The position numbers and the translations under genes are program-made. A stretch of 63,609 nt of DNA, filler included, from Hyphochytrium catenoides (taxonomy: Eukaryota > Protista > Hyphochytriomycota): the NCBI GenBank assembly GCA_900088475.1. It is 13 parts of 13 records of this genome, joined end to end, with 100 filler letters (N's around TTAATTAATTAA, not from the genome) between each part and the next. Parts side by side here need not be neighbours in the genome. Positions count along the whole stretch, not along the records: positions 37,200 to 57,935 come from FLMG01003990.1; positions 58,036 to 59,061 come from FLMG01002909.1; positions 59,162 to 61,577 come from FLMG01001551.1; positions 61,678 to 63,609 come from FLMG01000776.1; 9 more parts are not named here. One strand, given 5' to 3'. Of the stretch, positions 56,583-63,609 are shown one piece after another. The notes under the pieces are model-generated. The model ran no database searches, had not been told where the DNA came from, and worked only from the letters and a program-made list of their open reading frames with translations. Within the stretch, counting starts at the first letter, position 1, and each line of letters begins with the position of its first letter.

Positions 56583-57830
56583 TCACTTGGTTCTCTTTTC
56601 AGCACGCATCTTTCCTGAGTTGATCTTCCTCTTCCTGACTCTTTCAAGCTTGGCGTTGACCTTTTCGTCCGCGGGGTCCAAGCTTTGGGCCCTTAGATAA
56701 AGCTCTAACGCTTTCTCTTTATCCCCTAGATGGGAGTAGCAAAGGCCTTGATGGTAGCTGCAGGACAGGAGAGTTAGATTAAGGATGTAGACTATACTGC
56801 CCTACTACTATTCCGTGGCGTAGAATCTATGCATGTGACGAAACCAAGACCAAGATTAGTGGCATAAATGGAGCACAGGTGTAGGGACAGGAAAGCGCCT
56901 CCAGAAAGTTCTCTAGGCAAATATGGGGTACCGAAGGTTCATGCCCCAAAGGTGAAGGCTGAGGGCTTACCAGTTTTGAGCCTTAGCACCAAACAGACTC
57001 TCCGATCTTTGCAGGTTGGCGAGGGCACTGGGATAGTTGTTCATGCGCATGAACAGCAAGCCGATCTCAAGGAGAACATCGCGCTGGGACGATAGAGGAT
57101 AGAAAAACTCTGCAATCTATCATGGCAGGTGAGAATGCAGTGAGGTGAGAGATGCATAGAGTCTAACGCGCAGGCTCATATCGAGAGTTAAGCGTCCAAT
57201 CCGCAATGGGTATAGCCGTAGCAGCTAGACAGCTATGGGCTTGAAAAGGCGGTTACTTCGGCACAGAGGCAGCACAGAATGGATGATTTACGACCCAGCG
57301 CTGCAAAGCTGTGGGGCCTAGCGAGACAGTCATTGGAGTTAATGTTTACAAAGTCACCTGGTTCAGTTCAGCGGTCAACAGCTTCTCCAGACCGGTGGGA
57401 AGTAGTGCGGCCTTCTCCCTGAGAGCAGTCCGGAACCTGATGAACACTTCGCTGTCGTGGCAAGAGAGCTTCAGCACAGCGAGGATGGACTTCATCGAGG
57501 CGTCCTTCGTCTAGCCATTAGCAAACATCGTATAGCAGTGAGACTGGTGCCAGAGTCCATCAAAGCTGAAATTGTAGATCGAGACAATGTACTTGAATGG
57601 TTCTGGCCAACGACGAGGCAAAGAATTACGAGGGAGACCACACTTTGTACACTCATAATATAGGTCGCATTGTAGGTAAAGCCTAAGCTGGAAGGGTAGG
57701 TGACTCGTTTGAACACTTGGTAGGAAGAACACGCAGCCAATCAGAAGAGCCCGTAGAGGAGAAGAGCGAAAGACCTTCAAACCATCCAGGATGCCCACAA
57801 AGCCGTCAGGACCAAAGAGTTGTACCAGCT
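56583..57830 (-). CDS. TPR-repeat protein, 3' exons (possibly the C-terminal half of a SAM-methyltransferase-TPR family protein)
   Basis: Phase-consistent exons: ELVQLFGPDGFVGILDGLK-TKDASMKSILAVLKLSCHDSEVFIRFR...ELNQ-IAEFFYPLSSQRDVLLEIGLLFMRMNNYPSALANLQRS...-YHQGLCYSHLGDKEKALELYLRAQSLDPADEK...KRTK* (56583). The 5' part is lost in the gap. Confidence 0.75.
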
Positions 57831-58077
57831 CCTGTTGATATCACGCGCCCGCGGCACGATCCCAGACGGAATCAAGTGAGCAAGAGCACGAAACGTGGGA
57901 AGCATAAGAAACTGGACAAGGTAGACTGGAACTTANNNNNNNNNNNNNNNNNNNNNNNNNNNNNNNNNNNNNNNNNNNNTTAATTAATTAANNNNNNNNN
58001 NNNNNNNNNNNNNNNNNNNNNNNNNNNNNNNNNNNGATGCTTGGAGCCATAGTTTTATCGTTGGTGGGACGAGACAG

Positions 58078-58117
<40 letters not shown>

Positions 58118-58349
58118 AAAAGCTTCAGGCGGTTGTCGGCTGAAAAATTTCTTCTCTCTTTCTCCTGTCGCTGGTGTGGGACCTGAGCGGCGCGTAGAAG
58201 ATCTGGAAGTGAGAAGAGAAACGCTCTGAGATGTGAAGCCGCGACGCCGGAGGAGAGACCATCTTCTCTCTCTCTCTCTCGCTCTGTGCTGGATCTACGG
58301 TCTCTCTCTCCTTCTTCCCCTGCATCCTGAGCCAGAAGGTGTGGCTGGC

Positions 58350-58381
<32 letters not shown>

Positions 58382-58654
58382 CCTCCCTCCCATCTTGGGC
58401 AATGGAATATTGTCACAGAGAGAGAGAGAAGAGAGGAAAGAGAGAGAAGAGGGAGAAGAGAAAAGAAGGGGAGAAAAGCAAAATTGCTTCTCTCTGGTTG
58501 ACAATCATCAGACGCGGCGCAGACGTAGCCGATGCGCTTATGATGCTGAGGCGTCAGCGAAACGCCGAGGGAGCGTCAGCAGCTTGAAGTTCTGCATTCA
58601 AAAGGAGTGCGAGTCTCATGATGAACCGTCAAATCTGGAGAAAGAGGAAGAGAG

Positions 58655-58700
<46 letters not shown>

Positions 58701-59169
58701 GAGAAAGAGAAGGAGGCGAGAGAGAATGGAGACAACGACAGCACTTTGAAAGGAGGGAGAAAGTACCTCATGACCAGAGACAAGAAGGGGAGGGAGAGAT
58801 GGCGGTAGAAGGAGACCACACATCTAGAAAGACAGAGAGATATCAGGAGAAAGAGAGAAAGAAAGAGAGAGAGAGAGAGAGAGAAGGATGAAGGGCAGCT
58901 TAGTGGGAAGTTCGACGACTCTTAGTCCCCTTCCTTTCTTTTATCCGCTCGATTCTTCTCATTAGAAGACTGGACCAAGCGTTGAATGAAACGTCGTGAC
59001 AGAGTGATGATGCGTGTCAATGCTTTTCCTCTTCCACAAAGAGAGAGAGAGAGAGAGAAAGNNNNNNNNNNNNNNNNNNNNNNNNNNNNNNNNNNNNNNN
59101 NNNNNTTAATTAATTAANNNNNNNNNNNNNNNNNNNNNNNNNNNNNNNNNNNNNNNNNNNNGAGTGCAC

Positions 59170-59223
<54 letters not shown>

Positions 59224-59511
59224 TCTCTTACCCGCACACTCTCTCGCACTCTCTCTCTCTCTCTTACCCGCACTCTCTCTCTCTCTTCCCCTTTCTTTCT
59301 CTCTCTCTCCGTCGGGTGTACACCGATTTATTAGCCTTTCTTGATGTCCCTCTACTGCGTTTCGTCATCATTCCGTTCTTTCACCAGCTTGCTCAGTCCT
59401 AGAACAGCTTCTTCTGGTCCCCTCTCCTTTCTTCTTTGTGGGTCTTCGAAACCTGAGATTGTCTCTCCCATGTTTTCGCCACTTATTCACCCCTCTCCTT
59501 TTCGTCTTAAG

Positions 59512-59903
59512 GCTCTTTGATAGTGCTGGAAGAGCTGCACCTCCAGAACAATCTCCTGAGCTATCTTCCTCGCACTCTCTCCAACCTGGAAAGACTAAAA
59601 CTATTAAACGTCCAGTACAACGATATTAAGGAAGTGCCGGAAGATCTAGCCCATCTCTCTCTCTCCGTCGTCAACCTAGAAGGAAACCCGCTACAGAAAT
59701 GTCCAGAGAAGCTCTTAAGGTCTCTCTCTATTCCTGTGTGTCTCTCTCTCTCTGTCTCTCTCTGTCTCTCTCTGTCTCCCTTTCTTTCTCTCTCTTCAAT
59801 CTCTTTTGTGTTTTCACTTCTCTCCTTGCCAAGCTTGTTTCTTCCAGCTGTCTACTGTCCGTCGGCCATCCATGGATACTCTTCTGTGGGACCATCCTCA
59901 TTG

Positions 59904-59947
<44 letters not shown>

Positions 59948-60307
59948 TCTCTTTCTCTCTCTGTCTGTCTCTCTCTTCCATCCTACACGTTCTCTCTTCC
60001 TTCGACAGCTAGAGTTCAAACGCCTAACCTCTTCCTCTTGCTCTGTAGACTGAACGTCAAGCACATGCTCCTGACATCTAGCGCCAAGCGGAAAGAGTTG
60101 GTCAAGCGTGCACTGAAGGTACGCAATAACGTCGCTGCCGCTCAGGCTCTAAATGAGAAGGCCGTGGAGATAGACGCACCGAAGAACGATGTTCCCTATT
60201 CTGCCGGCGAACTCTTTGCCCATCAGAAGGCTGCACTTCCTCTGACAAGAGAGTATCCGCCAGCTTCCCCGGGTCGTCGTATTTCTGCTGTTGGCATGAG
60301 GAAGTAA
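59512..60307 (+). CDS. Leucine-rich repeat protein, last two exons (5' part missing)
   Basis: Exon 59512-59719 reads LEELHLQNNLLSYLPRTLSNLERLKLLNVQYNDIKEVPEDLAHLSLSVVNLEGNPL (LxxLxLxxNxL repeats). It splices in phase to 60049-60307 (LNVKHMLL...MRK*). Confidence 0.85.
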
Positions 60308-60342
60308 GCTCAGTAGACCCATCATAGCTGCGGCCTCCCTCT

Positions 60343-60625
60343 ATTGTCTCAGAACCTCAAGTCAATGTAATCTTTCCTATAGTCCACCGCTTCTTTGTCG
60401 GACTATGACTCGCGTCGCTCCTATAGCTCTATAAAAGAGGCTTGGGAGTGAGGTTCTTGGTTGTTTCAGACCAATACTGTCACCTGTCTCTTGTCTCAGT
60501 ACCTGAAGTGAATGTAACTTCTCCTACGGTCCACCCGCCCCCATTCTTACATCAGACTATGACTCGTATCGCTCTTATAGCTCTATAAAAAGAGGCTTGG
60601 GAGCGAGTTCCTTTATCCTTCAGAC
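60343..60625 (+). repeat. Diverged tandem duplication of a ~150-bp unit
   Basis: Both units carry ttgtctcag.acct.aagt.aatgtaa...gtccacc...gactatgactcg..tcgctc.tatagctctataaaa(a)gaggcttgggag.gag...ttcagac (units ~60343-60470 and ~60491-60625). Confidence 0.85.
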
Positions 60626-63609
60626 TCTCAAGGCGGCGCAAGGAGTTCCAAATGATTTATGAGTGACTTCCTCCGCTTCTTCCTCGCCTCCGAGCTTCGT
60701 ACCATGAAAGTAGAAGGACAATGAAAGAAGAAGAAGAAGGGGCAGAAGTATAAAGAAAAGGGAAAGAAGAAAGAACTATTAGTGGAAGAGAAGTAAAAAA
60801 AATTATTTAATCTGTCTGGCGCGCAGTCGTCCCATCAACGCATTACATCCGCAAGATGTCAAGAGAGAGAAGCTCCTAAGCAAGAGAAGAGTCAGAAGAG
60901 GAGAAGAGAGAGAAAGAGGATCAAATAGCTCTGCCTGTCAGTTCCCTCAATAATGGTAAGGATGTTTATTATTAGAATTGATTGTCGCTAAAGAGACCAA
61001 GACTTTGTAGCACTTGTCGTCTTCTTCTTCTTCTTCTTCTGTTACTTCTTCTTTCCTTTTCTCTTTCTGCTTCTTCTTCTTCTCTTAGGTCTACTTAGTA
61101 CTATTCTTCTAGCAGTAGTGCATGTTATAAAATGGTTGTTGGTTCATCTCCGCCTCCACCTTCTGTCTTCTCCCCTTATTATCACTGCACTGAGGAGATC
61201 AACTATGATGCTTCCTCTACCGATGATGAACGTGGAGGAGACCGAGGTGAGGACGATACCAAGGCTTTACTTTATAGCTTTTCTCGTCTCTTCTTCTTCT
61301 TCTTCGTGTTTCTTTATCTCATTCTCTCCTTATATTTTCTTTATCTCCTTCTCCTTATATTACCTCCTCCTTAAATTCTCTCTGTTATTATAGTAGTAAG
61401 CCTTAGTAGCTATCAATAACTAAAGAATAAACAAAAGAGAAATGAACAAAAAGGCAAAAAAGAGACAAAATAAAAACTTCTTCATCATGATCATCATCTA
61501 GGGACTCTCTGTGAACAGGGTTTCGACTCTTTGCGAGATTGCAAATTGCACCCCTGCAAATTGCATGCAAATTGCGTNNNNNNNNNNNNNNNNNNNNNNN
61601 NNNNNNNNNNNNNNNNNNNNNTTAATTAATTAANNNNNNNNNNNNNNNNNNNNNNNNNNNNNNNNNNNNNNNNNNNNCCTTAGTAGACGACATTATCAAG
61701 AACACATACATCTTGATTTATAATCCAGCTGGATAGGGAGATAGTGTGGACCCTGGAAGATACAGTGGCAAGTGCAAGATGGTTGATATCAATCTTCACA
61801 CAAAGCTTCAGAACGATGAAGGCGGAGGAAATGATGGCATCATCATGGCATCATCATCAATAATCATCTTCCTCATCAGGACTTTCACTATCACTAAAAC
61901 GAAGAGCAGCTAAGGAGTAGTCTTTGAAAGCTGAAAGAGGTTCGTCTTCCTTCATACTGGCCCCATCTGTGTACGACGGCAATCACCACGTGCTCCCAGC
62001 ATCTTGCTCCTCCCCTACTTCATCAATGATTAAAAGAGTACGGAGTCTCATTCCTCCATGAAGAAGAGGAAGCAGCAGAGGCCAAAAATAGCCATCGGAG
62101 GCAGAACAGCTTCCTGCTATACGGTTCACACGACTTTCGCCACTTGATTTTCTGCCTTGCCAAGCTAGTTGCCTGGACGTGGATAGGAGTTGTTGGTGGG
62201 GTAGTAGTAGAGACGACGGCGGAGGCGGAGGATGTGGTTGTTAACGTTGATGAGGAATATGCACAACGCAACAGCAGGTCTGTGAGAGGAGAGGATGTCA
62301 TTGGCCTGGCATATGGATGAAGGTNNNNNNNNNNNNNNNNNNNNNNNNNNNNNNNNNNNNNTAATGCACCAAGCTTCATTACGTTTCTGATTTGCTCGTT
62401 CGGAAGAGCTTGCCCTTGGCAATGGTGGAGCGCGAGCCCGCGTCAGTGCTATTGAAGCTAACCTGTCCTCCATTGACTGATAGTTCTATGGAGACAATAA
62501 GGGCTACTCTCCCTGAGCCTCACATCCAGCTCTGACCAGAGCCCTCCAAATTCCCTCCTTCCGGGTGGTTACGGGCTACCTTCCTTGAATGTAAAGTAAC
62601 CATTGAGGTCGGAGCGAAGTATCGAACAATAGGGTGCGTACAAGTTCTGCCAAGCACCCGACATGATATTTGCTGATGAGACATAATAATAGATCTCAGA
62701 GCAGNNNNNTATAATATGCCTTAAAAGGGACAGAGAGAGACTGCTAGGGTATCATCTGTTCGCCAGAGGAAGATGCAGTGCTCACGATAAATAAGCCATG
62801 CCCCGTCAAGGACCTTTATCCTGCTGACGATTGCGATAACAAGCAACCCAATTGAACCCCTTTCTGCCTTGACAAGTCTCTTGTGTTCTGGACGATAATG
62901 GGCACCCGCAGAGGAGGCGGAGAAGACAGCAGACCATCAACTTATGGGCTATTAAAATGTATTCAAAGCTACTAAGAAGAAGAAAGAAGAAGGCAGCAGG
63001 TACGAAGGCTTGGTCTTTTCATTTTCTCCTATTACGAAAAAGCAAATTTTGCCACACAAAAGGCAGGAATGCTCAGGGTCTACTTGGTCATCGCTGCTGC
63101 AGCAGTGAAGAGAAAGGGGAGCAGCAGCGATGAGAAAGGGGATTAGCAAGCCCACAACGAAGTCTCCACCCTTCATTATTAGTAGGTCAATTATGCTATA
63201 AGGTAGTATGATAATTTAGGCAGAGTTCTCCTCGTTAATAACCTCCTACACAATCTGCTACGCAATCTGTCGCCTCTAAGAGTTTGTAAAAGTCACACCT
63301 TATGGTCCGTTGTCGAAGCCGGCATCTTTAGTAGCTAAATCTTCCGAGGACAATCACTGTGTTAAGAATGAATAATACCAGCTGCTGTGCAAAGGAGGAA
63401 CCAGGAACCGAAGAAGTGGACGGGCCGCTATAATACTATCCAATCGGGTCCAGCAAGAATTCAGAGACGGTACATTATTGTCTCATCCTATTGTTGTTCT
63501 TATTGCTTCTTCTGCCCGTATAAAGGTGCCGACTATGGCTGCAAGATAGATCAAGCTGTAGGAAGATTATTTAGTTGCTATTTTGTTGTACAGGAACACA
63601 AAATCATCA

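Noticed and set aside
17170-61633. Regularly recurring TTAATTAATTAA 12-mer, as a biological repeat or CRISPR-like array
   Set aside because: It is always embedded in N-runs and has stops in all six frames, so it is an artificial contig-joining linker.
62952-63176. Signal-peptide-like ORF MKGGDFVVGLLIPFLIAAAP
   Set aside because: Downstream frames contain stops and no convincing exon chain could be assembled.
1-63609. tRNA, rRNA, CRISPR arrays and intact mobile elements
   Set aside because: None was recognisable by eye. tRNAscan-SE/Infernal and RepeatMasker would be needed to exclude them formally.

Overview
Eukaryotic (probably protist) genomic DNA. It has GT-AG spliceosomal introns full of (CT)n/(GA)n microsatellites, a dynein light chain and a CCDC148-like gene. 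The LTA4H motif sequences look stramenopile-like, but that is a weak inference. The window is not one locus: about 13 contigs are joined by artificial N-run/TTAATTAATTAA/N-run linkers, so adjacency across a linker means nothing. Genes were reconstructed by hand-splicing. In order they are: a 5'-truncated LTA4H-type M1 aminopeptidase with a predicted C-terminal tail anchor and two microexons; a CCDC148-like coiled-coil gene; a jacalin-like type I membrane protein; a partial 2OG-Fe(II) oxygenase-like gene; a partial PX-domain gene; an intronless bacterial-type (DUF5117/DUF4953-EcxA-like) metzincin; dynein light chain Tctex-1; and a PH-domain fragment. One ~21 kb contig then carries an ANK/TPR-like/ARM protein, a tail-to-tail GH31(+trefoil) / GH3(+PAN) glycosidase pair, a KUP/HAK K+ transporter and a TPR gene. 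An LRR fragment follows. Most short ORFs in the supplied track are microsatellite translation artefacts. The most notable items are the GH31-trefoil/GH3-PAN pair, the tail-anchored LTA4H, recurrent 5'-(GA)n...(CT)n-3' self-complementary introns and the bacterial-type metzincin. All family calls come from motif recognition by eye; no database searches were run.
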